DNA of 63,094 bases, filler included, from an uncultured bacterium (GCA_964543115.1; 9 parts of 9 records of this genome joined end to end with filler, not necessarily neighbours in it), one strand, 5' to 3'. Positions 1-12,300 are shown, counted from the whole stretch's first letter. Numbers and translations: made by a program. The notes: a model not told the origin generated them from the letters alone.

Positions 1-1
1 C

Positions 2-3000
2 AAGCCAAGAATTCAGGCTGTATTCACTGTCATCTTCATAAGTTCCAGACGCATGTTCCCAAGCGGTCATACTAGCCTGGCGGCCGTAATCGTCATAGGT
101 ATAGCTGATCATGGTATTGGTGGTGAGATAATAGTCTGTTGTTATATCTCCTGTTGCGCCACTGGTCACACTCTGGTACTCAACCACTACCTGCCCGCTT
201 TCGTCATACACATAGGCAGTAGTAGTTGTTGTGGTTACATCAAGTTCCTCCCCGTCTGTTGTTGTGCCGTATTCGCGCACCTCTTCTAATGAAGCAATCG
301 TTTGTCCAGCATTGTTGTAACTCACTGTACGTGTAGTTTCGGTTGTTTTTGCGGATGAATTACTGTTTACATAACTACTGGTACTCGCGGTTACCCTCCC
401 CCAGGCATCAGCAGTAGTAATTGTTACTTCTGTGCTGGTATCATACATGGATTTACCGGTAGTTGAATCTTCATAATCTGTTTCCGTAATATATGAGGTT
501 AGCTGACCATCAGTGTTTTCATTCGCGCTATAGGTTATAGTCTGAAGCAGATCAGCACTGTTTGTTTCATCTACATACACTGAATTATAGCCAAGTACCG
601 TTCCTTTCAGGCCGTATTGGATACTGCTGCGTGTCTCTGTAGTCTTAACGTAATAATTACCTCCCTGAGTTTCCATATTGCTTTCCCAATTGGTGTTATC
701 ATAGCTCTCGGTGGTAAGTGTATAGCCTGACTCCAGGCCATACTCGTTATAAGTAATGCCTGTCTTATTGGTATATGTAACCACATCTCCACTCAGGGAA
801 TCATCATGGCTCCAGGTCTCTTCAGTGGCAACCCGGCCGCTGCTATCGTAGGTACGCACTACTTCCTGGGTGACAGTCTTGGTGCTGTTGAAAAAGAAGG
901 GCATGGCACTCACGGTTCCGGGCAGATCCAGGTCCGTGCCTTCTTTGGTCTTGGAGCTGGCACCCTCAGCTTCAGTATATTCGGTTATGGCACCGGTTTC
1001 ATCATAGGTAATACCGCTGATTTCCACCTCTGCCGCGCCTTCGGTAAATGTATAGCCGGTAATCTGATAGTCGTCGTTCCATTCAATATCACTGACCTCA
1101 TACGTCCGGCCGCGTGTATTATCTACGATGGTATAGCTTTCTATATATCCAGTTGTCGAGTTATAATCTATTTCGGTAACCGTATAACTTTCCCCAGTAG
1201 AATCATCAGTAATGGTGAAACCGGATATATATCCGTCAGCGTCATAGGTAATCGCGCTTACTGTTGTTTCCGCGCTTAAGCCGGTATAGGTAAACCCCAG
1301 CAGGGCCATGGTGTCGCTGTCCAGTGTGGCGGAGGAGAATGAATCAACACTGAAGGAAGCGGAACTTGTCTCTGTGGTCACGGTCATTTCCGTGGCCTGG
1401 TTATAGTCATCATAGGTATCATAGGTGGTGGTGGTTTCCGTGGTCACACCCGGGGTACTGAAATCGGTTGTGGTTTCTGTCTTTGTGGACAGGCGGGCAG
1501 TGCTATCATATGTATAGGTGGTATCAGTCCAAGACATGGAAGCATATCCTTCACTATCGGAGTAATTGTAATCAGAAGAGCTGGCCACCAGGCCGTATTC
1601 ATAAGTTGCTGAGGCGCGCGCCTGTACAGATGTTACATCATAGGTTACATCATTTTCTGCTGTCTGATAGATTGTTTCTGTTGTACTGATATAGCTGTAT
1701 TGATCACCATTGGAGTCATAGGTTACTCCAGCTAATGTTGAATGGGTAAGGAGAATATCATTATTATTAGATATATCTCCATCTGTATCACTGGTAACAT
1801 CAGTTTTATCGGTATAATCCTCTGTACTCCATTCTTCTTTATTAACTAACTGCCCTAGATCATCGTACTCCATATCACTGACTTGGCTGGTTGTATAAAC
1901 AAGGTAATTACTACCACTGGTGGCATAATCTTGCTTCTTAGTAAAAGATGTATAGCCGCTCATTTGACCATTATCGTTATAGGTGATATCCCAGGTTTCA
2001 ATATAACTGGCGGTCTGGTCTATTCTTGTTCCACTGGCATCTTCTGTTCTGTCAGTATAGTATTCACTAGTGGCTGATTCCCGGAAATAATCATCCCACT
2101 CGGTTGCTTGACGCTGACTGCTGGAGGCTGTGTGGTAAACCTCTGCTCCACTTGCGGTATAAGCATATGTTTCTGTTCTTGTGGAATAGGTTGAACGTTG
2201 TCCATATTGATAAGTAATACTGGAAGTGCTACTGGTTGTTTCCACCTGCCCGCCAGTTGAGACATCTGTCTCTGTGGTTACCGTTGTTTCTGCTGTTACC
2301 CGGTTAAACTCATCAAATGTGTCGGCGGTCCAAGTGCTGGTAGCGGTAGAACTTAATGACTGCTGGAGCACGCTGGCCAAGTCAGACTGATTGGCCTCAA
2401 TAAAGGCAAATATCTGTGCTATACTAACTGCTGATAAAATTGTAGAAATATCTTCTATGTTTTCCAGGCCGTCAGTTTCCAGTGAAGCATTGAACAAATA
2501 CCAGGCAGTTGCGGTGGTTAAGGCATCCCACTGTGACTCCGTTAAATCATTCTCCAGATAGTTCTCTAAGACAGTGGTGCCATAACTAGTAATAATCTCT
2601 ACCAGCTCCGCAAGCTCATCATCAGAGAAATTCTCACCAGAACTGGTTGTTTCAGTGGTCATAGATACCTGGCGAAGATAATCATCATACTCAATATCAG
2701 TCACTGTCTTGGTCACAGTTAAGCTGGGAGTGGCCGTACTTGTTATAGTGTCACTATATTCACTGGTTAAACCAAGATAATTATAAGAATTAGTACGCTC
2801 GGTGGTTGTTGTATAATAAGTATCAGTTGCCGTATAAGTTTGTTCAGTAATGGTCTGTGTTTCGGCATCTCCCCAATAATTAAAGCTGGTGGTATCTGTC
2901 TGGGTAACGGAAAGTGTGACATTTGCACCGTCAAGAATATTAGTAGAGGTGACTATGCTCTGGGTAGTAAATCCGCGGTTGCCATAAGTGGTCTGCGTAT

Positions 3001-6000
3001 CCTCTTGCAAATAAAGAGTTTCCACCCCATCAACAACGTCAAATAACTGACTGGTAGAATCTGTTACCCGACCGGCATAGTCAAAAGAGTTATTGGTAAC
3101 AATACTGCCATAGACATAGTCTCTTTCTGTTGCTCCGCTTGCCCCATCCCTGACACTGAAGCTATCAGATTCATAACCAGTTATAAAACCTCTGCTATTA
3201 TAAGTAACATTACTTCGCTGCTCACCAGATACATCAGATCCATTATTATCAAGGTAATCTTCATACCCATCAGCATCAACAGTAATTATGTAATAACTGG
3301 TAGCGTTATTGTACTGGTCCCAGGACTCATAGGTTGTTATCTGCACAGTTGATTCAGTTCGATCTGAAGAGGGATCTCCGCCTTCGGCAATCACATAGTT
3401 AGTTACTGTCTCTTCCGTTACCTTGCCTGTTTCATCGTAAGTGCGATCGGTTGTAGTACCGGTGGTATAGACATATACACTATCATCGCTGGAATCAACA
3501 CGGAAATTCACGGTGTCTTCAGTCAGTGCGGTTCCGCCTTCGGTGAAACTACTGTACTGAGTTTCCGAGCCGGTAATGGCTTTTAGATCTGCTTCTGCCG
3601 GCACTGTGGTCAAGGATGAATCAGTTTCATCCGCGGTCATGGTATAGGCGGTATCTGTACTGGCCACGCTAACAACCACTTCTCTGCCGGTCAGGAAGCC
3701 ATAGATATTGGTTGTCTCTGTTCCGTAATAACTGATTGTAGCAGTCGTGTCGTAAGTATTGGTAAATTCCTGCTGATTGATAAAATACAGTGTACGATTG
3801 TCAGCACCGGTACCAGCAGAACAGGTTGTACTGGTTCCGGTTTTGGGTTTACCATCAGCGGTAAACGAGGTGTTTACTGTCTCTACCCGGGTATTGTATA
3901 ACAGGCCAGTAGTCAAATCCTCTTCAGCAACGTCCGTACTACTGCTTATATAGACAATACTATCCGTACTGTATTCATCTTCCGTGTCATCCACCAAGGA
4001 GATCACTATGGAACTTTCCACAAAGCCCTTTTGGGTATATTCATTATAGGTAATCGTCCTGCCGGTAAAGACTTCCGCTCCTTCATAGTAATTGTAACTA
4101 TCGGCATAAACCGTGGCTGCTCGGCCATAAACATCATAATCAGCATATTGAGTAATGGTTTGACCTATCTCTGTACCGTCAGCAGATTTTTCTACAGCGG
4201 TTTCCACATCCACTCGGCCATTATAGGTATAAGTATAGCTATAATCATATATCCTATATGAATCTGTTGAGTCATCGCTTATATCCGTGTAATCAGTGGT
4301 CACGGTTTTACTGGCCACCAGATCGGTCATCCAAGCCACATCCGTATGATAGGTTATAGCGGAAGTAGTGGTAACTGTGTATTTAACTCCAACTCCATCA
4401 GCAGGATCGGTCAGCATTTCCATCGCTTCCGCATATGTGTCTTGGTAAGCCAGTACATCAGAACCGCTTTCGCGCAGGTAGACGGTTTCTGTTGAATCCG
4501 TCAGCCGGTCAAAACTATCATAAGTGTTTTCGGAAACTGTCCAGCCATTGTGATACCAAGAGCCAGTTTCATCATCCCAGACCTGAGACTGAGAAACTAC
4601 GGTTTGTGCCTGACCGCTGGCAGTAAAGTTACTATAGATAGAAACGCTTTCTGTCCAGGCCTCCCGGCCGGTCATGTCTTCGGAATAAGTGTCATCTTTG
4701 CTTATGCTGAGCACACTTTCACCAGCCACCGTGGTATAATCACTGTCACTGAGCAAATAGGTTGTGCTTTCACTGCCGGTAGTATAACCCTTGTTTTTCA
4801 CATCAGTATGAGTTACTGTTACTGTTCCCTGCAGTTCATCATAAGTCACCGTGGAAAGCGGAGTGCCATCGACATTGTAATCGCTATAGAGGTTGATCTT
4901 ATGGGAGTATTCCTCTAGGTCTGCTGAAGCAATTATCTGTACTGATGTCATGCTGCTGTCACTGTCAGTGATCGCATCAGCAATTTCTAGAATACTACTT
5001 GATGTTTCTCCCTCTTGCAGTATATACACTGTTTCTTCCATACCAGAAGCATGCGATAAATGCACACCATTACCATAGGCATATTCCGTTGTTGTGCGGT
5101 GAGTAAACAAGCCGTAACGGTAAGAATCAGTTACCTGACTGGTAACATTACCCAGATTATCGCGGCTGACAAAATAAGTAACCTCTTTTGTGTATTCAGT
5201 CAAACCATCATCAACATCACCAGTTAAACCAGTAAGCGTAATTATGTTTGTCGGCGTACCCTTATAGGTTGTAGTGGACTGCTTCAGCACATCGCCCTGA
5301 TCATCATATAAGAAGTCTGTTGCCTGTCGCTCCACGTATTCCCAGCTACTTCCACCATCAGCAATTCCCCAAACATCGGTGTATTTTGTTTCCACCTGCC
5401 ACTCATCATTGTAACTATTAACAGTTACCTCTTTACGATATTCTTCCAAAGCACTGTCGTAATCCGAGACAAAATCAACATAGTCTCCGCTGGTAGAATC
5501 GTAAGCATAAACTGCATCAGCGCTATCCGGCAGGGTTGAATATATGTCCTGCTGAGAATAGAGACGGCCATAATTGTCATAGGTCATCTCACTGGAGATC
5601 TTCCTGACAAACTGGAAGGTGTCATCCGCTGTTGCCTGATAATAATAGGTATCCGCTTCCAGAAGATGACCATGAATGTCATAGTCGTTATTATAGGCCC
5701 TGGTCAGAGATGAATCTTCCCAAGTACTGGTAGTCACATCATATAGTTCTGTTTGCGTTTCCTGGGTTACAATATTTCCGAATTTATCAAAAGCCGCTTC
5801 TCCAGATATCGGAATAGAGATTGTCTGCTTAGTGGAATTTGTCCAGGCACCTTCATACATTGCCTCGGTGGTAACTGTTTTTGCGGTTGCCCAATCAAGG
5901 CTGTTAACAGCGGTGGTTTCCGTGGTTATCCTTTCATATGCTTCACCATAATCCGCCAGGCTGCCTGTATAATAAGTAGTTGTTTGTTCACGGGATACGC

Positions 6001-6625
6001 CGCCGGTTTTGGCCAGGCTGTATTCTGTATATTCCAACCCGCTTACCGTACCAGTGGCACTGCCAATGCGTGTTTCCTGGTACATGGATTTGGTACTGCC
6101 ATCGGCCCAGTAGGTTACATCTGACTGGGTAATTACTGTTGTTACTGTATGTGTTTCATTACTGCCGTCAGTATCAGCCGTAGCAGTGTTAACAATTCCA
6201 TCAGTATCACCATTAATCAGCGTGTTCTCGGTAACAATCGTATCCGCAAGGCCGCGGCTGCGGTACAGCTGTGTGGTATAGCTGTAGCTCACACTACTTG
6301 TGCTTTCCAGTGTCCATTGATCGTCAACATATACGCTGTTAACCACCATTTCTGCCGCCTTGTTGTTGTAGCCGTCAGTGGTCAGGCTAGTAACCGTGGT
6401 TTCCGTGCGCTCCGCCAGTTCCAGTGTGCCGCTGGCATCATCCGTATAATTTCCATCACTGTCTACCCGCCGTTCTGTCAACACAATTGTTTCCTGGGCA
6501 ATACCGGCAGACAACCATGTACTGTAATCACTAGCGGTTTCATCATAATCATTGTAGGTCTGGGTGCGTTCCACTATGACGCCATCCACTTCTGTCCAAG
6601 TTACACTAGCTTCAATATTACCTGT
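2..6625 (-). CDS. Giant acidic Thr/Asp/Ser/Tyr-rich YD-repeat (Rhs-like) extracellular protein, internal fragment of ~2200 aa running off the window end
   Basis: I translated the minus frame at several points (codons on + triplets starting at 2 mod 3) and found SYTYDDYGRQ (~60-100), YTYDSTARLS (~1490-1520), DMEYDDLGQLV (~1845-1875) and TYDNYGRLY (~5560-5585). The track lists no terminated ORF in this frame, and most + shadow ORFs share the register, which fits one stop-free frame leaving the window. Confidence 0.8.
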
Positions 6626-7113
6626 TGCGTATCTGAAAGGTCGCCTACTGCATAACTGTCCATATCGGTAGCGGTCATGGAATAACTCTCTGATACCACA
6701 TAAATAGCACGCCCATGAATATCATAGGGACCAACATCTTCATCACCCGCTACATAGCCTGTACCAGCAATTGATTCTGTTGTACCATCACTTCGCTCTA
6801 CATCAGAAAGTACCATATCAGAAGTTACTTCCTCTAATTGCTCATAATATGTACGGGTAACCTCACTTGCTTCCCAGTCCGTGCCATCCCAATAATAAGT
6901 GGCGCTTTCCTGACTAAGGATGTTTCCGTAACCATCATAGGCACTTGATCCACTTACCGGTATGGTAATTACTTCAAAACTCTCATTTACCAACTCACTA
7001 GCCGCATATATTCCATCACTATTGGCATCATCCCAAACCTGGGTGGTTATCTCTCTGCCCGTTACCCAGCCCAGTTCATTGGCGGCTGTTACTTCACTTA
7101 TTGTGTATTCCAA
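6601..7113 (-). CDS. Upstream segment of the same giant YD-like protein in a shifted frame (5'-truncated at contig edge)
   Basis: Same composition and motifs (AYDGYGNILSQ, TYYWDG, YDIHGRAIY). The frame is offset by 1 nt from 2..6625, with the junction near 6626-6640. Confidence 0.7.
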   Translation of the reverse strand: MEYTISEVTAANELGWVTGREITTQVWDDANSDGIYAASELVNESFEVITIPVSGSSAYDGYGNILSQESATYYWDGTDWEASEVTRTYYEQLEEVTSDMVLSDVERSDGTTESIAGTGYVAGDEDVGPYDIHGRAIYVVSESYSMTATDMDSYAVGDLSDTQQVILKLV

Positions 7114-7213
7114 NNNNNNNNNNNNNNNNNNNNNNNNNNNNNNNNNNNNNNNNNNNNTTAATTAATTAANNNNNNNNNNNNNNNNNNNNNNNNNNNNNNN
7201 NNNNNNNNNNNNN
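7114..7213. other. Artificial contig linker
   Basis: 44 N + TTAATTAATTAA (stops in six frames) + 44 N. Confidence 0.97.
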
Positions 7214-8438
7214 CCGGTGTGCAAAGGTAATGACCCGGTTGGAAACCGGCAGCGGCCATGCTTTCAGTGTCGCCATAAAAGATAAGGCTTTCCGCATGAT
7301 AGTTTTCCAGTCTTCCATCACGCACTGTATAGCTGCCGCCAACAACTTGTTTTTCAGGATGAGTCCGGAAAATTCTCTCGGCCCGAGCAAAATAGTTAAA
7401 GAGATGTGATCTCAGAAGATCACTGGAAACGTCTGTGTCGGTCTTTATCAGAGGATTACCAAAAGCAACATCGTCATCAATATGGAGGAAAAGCAGTCTT
7501 CCCTCAGCTGCTGCCGGGCTCTCTTTAATGATTGTTGCGGCAATCAATTTCATCATGTTTCTCATTCCGCCTAAACCTCTGCGTTCTGTGTTCTCTGCTG
7601 CGGTGTCGTTAATCATTATTCCCAGCGACTGATTCCCTCTGAGGAGGGCCTGTTGTTCTTCGCGCCCGTAGTAGGCAATAGAAACGTTGCCACCCCAGGG
7701 ACTGATAGATCCCCTGAACATGCTGATGATATGTCTATGAGTACTTTCATAATCCCCTGTACTGCTGTCATCGATTATTACAATTTGGATCTTTCTGTTT
7801 TTGCAATATTGAAAAAGTTTAAATTCATCCATCAGACTGTCCAGTAATCTTTGCAGGTGGGCAGCCCTGTTACTTGTAGGAATTATGATTACAAAATCTT
7901 TTCGTTCATCGTCTATGCCTTTACTTGCAATAAAACCTTCGTATTGACGATATGTTTCCTGCAGTCTTCTTATGGAGTCCTGTATGTCTATGTAGAGAGA
8001 GTCAATATCGGCCAGTAATCTGGCCTTATAAACAGAGGCTGGGCCTAGATCTGCTTGAATAGTTTCTTTTCGCCGGATTTCCGCAAGCGTGTTCTCAATT
8101 TCTTGCTGGAGGCTAGTTATTTCTGTTTCGATTTCTTTCCTTTGACGTGTTAAGGCAAGTTGTTCTTGCAGTTCTTTTTCTTTGAGAGCAGGAACAGCCG
8201 TTTGTTCTTTGCTGTGCGGCTTGCCGGCATTTCCCCCGGGTCTTTGACCAGGCGGAACTTGGTATCCCGAAGCAGGGGCGAGGTGTACAGGATAAGAGGA
8301 AGTGTGTTTTTGCTCTAATGGTATATTCGTAATTTTGTCGCTAAATAATGAACGGACAAAAATAGTGTTATTGATTAGAAAAACAATTGCTAATGGCACA
8401 CAGATTAATTTTGTGAGTTTTTTTATAGATATTAGCAT
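7214..8438 (-). CDS. N-terminally anchored protein with coiled coil and GT2/GT-A glycosyltransferase-like domain (3'-truncated)
   Basis: Hydrophobic N-terminus and coiled-coil segment, then FVIIIPTSNR...LQRLLDSL, IVIIDD and FLHIDDDV (DxD motif). Runs into the linker. Confidence 0.6.
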
Positions 8439-8533
8439 GATCTTTTATAAGCGACTAAGTTGTTCATTTGCAATAGATAAGATAGTCCTACCTGTTGTGT
8501 TTTATGTTCTTTATATACGACGTGCTCACTAAA

Positions 8534-8562
8534 AATATACCTGATAAAACGGTCTCTGTCAA
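8534..8562 (-). promoter_or_regulatory. Sigma-70 promoter for the gene starting at 8438
   Basis: Minus strand TTGACA-N17-TATATT. Confidence 0.7.
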
Positions 8563-8643
8563 GGGGGGGGCGGATTTTTCTTGAAATGTTAAGTGCCCCG
8601 ATAGGTAATAACCCGAGCGGCACATTAGCAACGAGGGCGGGGG

Positions 8644-8810
8644 CAGTCTTTACGAAAGGACAGCTTGGCGGTAATATTNNNNNNNNNNCCCCCCCGCCCC
8701 CCGCCCCCCCCCCCCCCGCCCCACCGCCCCCCCCCCCCCCCCAGTCTATCCTAAAGGACTGCTTCGCTGTAATATTCCCCTAAAGCAGTCCCCAGCGAAG
8801 CTGGGGGCAG
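8644..8810. repeat. REP/BIME-like cluster flanking a scaffold gap
   Basis: 35-nt imperfect direct repeat (8644-8678 and 8742-8776, 29/35 identical). Inverted pairs GGACTGCTT/AAGCAGTCC, GCTTCGCTG/CAGCGAAGC and hairpin CCCAGC-GAA-GCTGGG. Confidence 0.55.
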
Positions 8811-8812
8811 TC

Positions 8813-9211
8813 TTAAAATGCCCGCCGGTCCTGGATTTCGTAATCAGGATAAGGATAATAATAATAGGGGTAATATGGATTATATGTACTATAGTGATAG
8901 TTATACGTCGGGTAATCATAGTAGTAGTAGGTTGGCTGATAAGTGGGTACCCGATAATACGGCGGCTGGTACTCCCTGACGACGTGGCGCTGAATGGGAG
9001 TGGGCGGGGTGGGGCGTTCTTCCACGTAATGATCCGTGCGGTGTCCTGGTACATAGCGGTCAGGGCAGTAATATTTGTTTGTTTCTGAGCCGCTGCCATC
9101 TTTGTACTTGTCTGTTACACAGCCTGCCCTGAGATCTTTGGCAACTGCGGCGCTGCTGCCGATAAGCATAATCCCTATTCCGATTAATAATATCAAACCT
9201 GCATATTTCAT
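8813..9211 (-). CDS. Small secreted Tyr/Pro-rich hypothetical protein
   Basis: GGAGG before the ATG at 9211, signal peptide MKYAGLILLIGIGIMLIGSSAAVA, C-terminal half rich in Y and P. Confidence 0.7.
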   Translation of the reverse strand: MKYAGLILLIGIGIMLIGSSAAVAKDLRAGCVTDKYKDGSGSETNKYYCPDRYVPGHRTDHYVEERPTPPTPIQRHVVREYQPPYYRVPTYQPTYYYYDYPTYNYHYSTYNPYYPYYYYPYPDYEIQDRRAF

Positions 9212-9231
9212 TGGCCACCTCCCTTTTTTTC

Positions 9232-9257
9232 GGGAGGGCACAAGGCCCTCCCCTACA
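9232..9257 (-). repeat. GTAG-family REP element
   Basis: Minus strand TGTAG-GGGAGGGC-CTTGT-GCCCTCCC: GTAG tetranucleotide followed by an 8-bp hairpin. Confidence 0.65.
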
Positions 9258-9357
9258 TTTTCTTTATCTACTTGATTAGACGCAGGTGGCGGAGGAATAT
9301 TCCCTAAAAAATAATGTTTTTTATGATGTATGTGTTTGCAAGGGAAGGTATTGCTGA

Positions 9358-12300
9358 TTATTTTACCTGCAGTTTACCGATAATGACCCGCTCTTCATGT
9401 GTGGGAAGGTCTGTTTTGACAACTTTGAGTCTTTGTTGCGTGATGAAGGGGTCATGGATGCCAAGGCGAATATCATAGGTGCCGGGGGAGAGATCAGGGG
9501 GTACGGTTATGGCAAAGGTTTCTTTGATTATATCTCCCGGCTGCCAGGTTATTGTGGGGCTGGCGGAGTCCTGGGGCTGGTGGTCGTTCTGGAATTTGAC
9601 TTTGCCGTTGGCTTTCGTGAAATGCACAAAGATGATTAGGTTGCGCTCAATTGTGTCCAGGCATTGCCAATAGTAATTGATAATAAAGATATCTCCGGGT
9701 TTTACATTTTCTTTGTCTATTTCGTAACCGAGAAATTTGATTGAATTAGCAAAATTTATTTCACTTTTCTCTGGCGGGAACAGTTTTTTCATCCTGGCTG
9801 CCATCTCGTTTGCTTTTTGAGTATTGCCCTCTCTGAGGTAGAGCTTTCCCAGCCGGCCCAGGGTGTTAAGGTTGTTGGGGTGCTGCCGGAGAAGTTTTTC
9901 GTATTCTGTACGGGCGTTGTCCGGGTCGTCCTGCAGGAAATAATTTTCTGCCAGCTGTTGGCGCAAGTTTGTGTCTTCCGGCAATAATGCCGCGGCTTTT
10001 TTATAGTCACCACGGCTGACATAAAGGCGGCTCTGGTTTCGGCGGTAGCAGTAATCAAGGTCAGGTTCAATGACGATTTTTTCAATCTGTAAATTTCCAG
10101 TTCCGGCAGCGCTTGTGCGGAATTCCAGTTCATTGTGCCAATGACTGTTAAAGAAAGGTAAGGAGAAATCCTGATAATGGATATTATCAATGAAATCACT
10201 TCCCTTGATTAAATGTTGGGCGAGGATTTTGCTGCCTTTGGCGCAGGATACTTCAATCTTTCCCAGTTCTTTCCGGCTGTCTTTCTCTCCTTTCAGGTAA
10301 AAATGGGTGATATATTTTCCCGGTGAAAAATTGAGATAGGGGCCATAGGTGAGTAATCCCGGGGCATCTATGTTTTTATCATAAAAACAGCTGTTGTTAA
10401 TGACTTCTCCGGTATTTCGTAGTAGTTTCCCTGCTGGGTAAGTGGCAGAAAGACTAAAGGCAGAATTTTTTTCCGGTTTTTCGTTAAGGGTGGTTTTCAG
10501 GACAGGAAAGGCCTTCTGCCAATCATTGATTTCAGCGTAACCGATCGCGAGCTCATAGGGATCAGTAAGTAGTTGCACCTGCGTTTTGCCTGCTTTCCGG
10601 GAGGTGACCGATATTGTATAGTAGTATTTTACCGGAAGCAGCGATGGACTTAGGGAGAGGGTGATGAGTTTACTCTCAAATGGCAGCAGGGTGATGATTT
10701 TCTTTTTTTGCCAACAGTGGGTTTTAATGCTAAGAGTATTTTTTGCCTTGCCGTTTCTCAAAAGAAGACCTATTTCTTCAAGTTTTTTCGGTGAAACAAT
10801 AATGTATTTTGCCGGTGTCTTACGATCTACAATAATTGGGCGCAGGTTATCCTGGTATTCAGGGGAGCCGGTGAGAAAACAAAAGATTCGCGGATTTCTG
10901 TCGTTAACGGGCGGATAGAGGAGATAAGGGGGGGTTGGTTTTTCTATTTTTTTCTCTAATTTATAAATCTTTATTCTGGGATTACAGAATCCCGTTGCCC
11001 AGAGATAAAATTCTTTTACAAGTGGATAGTCGTTGTCCAGGTCATTATAAAAATCAATATAGTTTTGATATTTGTCCTTCCTCTGTGAATAGATATAGCG
11101 GTTATGAGCGAAGTCAGTGGTGATCATGTATTCATAGCCCAATTCCTGATAATTCTTTACCGGTTGGAAACCCAGCGCGGGATATTTAATCGTTTTATAT
11201 TTACGCAGGGAAATATCCGGGGAATAACTTTCCAGGGCAATAGCGGTTCCGGGGGGGATATTATTATTTATCCATTCTTCGGCAATTGTACGGGTGCTGG
11301 GCAGCCAGAGGAAATAGCCATCCGCCAGGGCGTGTTTAATCGGGGCGCTGAGAAATGCCAGCAGGGTAATTAAATAGAGAGAATAATTAAACAGTTTCTT
11401 TTTTGTTATCCGGTTTACTATAGTATCCAATAGTAATCCGCCGAATATTGCCAGAAATGGAATAACCTGGATGGTGTAGCGTTGGGCGACAAATGTTGAT
11501 TTGCCGGAAATGAGGAAATAGGCGAGGGGAAATGAAATAAGTATTAAGTGACGATGTTTATGCTGCCAGAGCGCGTAGAGGAAGCCGGCGTAGCAAAGCA
11601 GGGCTGGCGCGGTGCCCATACCCACATTAATGTTCCGCAGGAAATGCAGCCAGCCCCAGCGGAAATAGATCGGGCCGCGGCCCCGGGCTTGATCTTCCAG
11701 ATACCATTTAAGCTGATTAAAGAAACCCTGCCAATCAAGAAAGATATAAGGGCAGCCGATGAATGTGCCGATAAAGATAGCAAAGATAAAAAGTAGTAAT
11801 TTAGGGTTTAGAATTGCCCCTGTCCAGGTAGTTTTCATTTTACGGCAATAAAGCAGATGAGCTGTCAGACCGGCAATGCCCACTGCGCAACCGTTTATCT
11901 TAGCGGCCAGGGCCAGGCCGACGCAGAGGCCGGAGAGGAGATAGGCCCAGATTTTTCCCGTTTCATATATATAAACGGCAAAAAGAACGCTAAGGGCAAT
12001 AAACAAAATAATCGGTACATCAGGTTTAATAAAACGGGAGTTCTCAATATGGGAGACGCTGAAGGTTAGGATAAGGGCCGCCGTTAAGCCGATCCGGTTA
12101 TTAAATAGTTTTTTCCCCAATAAATATATCACAGTAACGGTCAGTGCTCCCAGCAGGGCGGTAGTGCCTCGCCCCACAAGAAAGATGGTTTCGGAATTGC
12201 GGAAGAATGCCGCATGATTCTGCAGGAAGGGGAGGTAGCCGAAAAGTGACAGCAGGCCATATAATAGTTTTTGGCCGAAAAAGATAATGAAGGTGTATGT

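Noticed and set aside
53..6655. Numerous plus-strand ORFs of 60-170 aa in contig 1
   Set aside because: They are mostly same-register antisense shadows of the long minus-strand gene, with no RBS or family motifs.
7158..7169. TTAATTAATTAA palindrome recurring about every 7 kb
   Set aside because: It is always centred in 88 Ns. This is an artificial six-frame-stop linker, not a biological repeat.
8679..8741. Poly-C tract and the poly-Pro ORF 8586..8783
   Set aside because: It is adjacent to a 10-N gap. Poly-G on the other strand is typical of two-colour sequencing dropout at strong hairpins, so it is probably an artefact.
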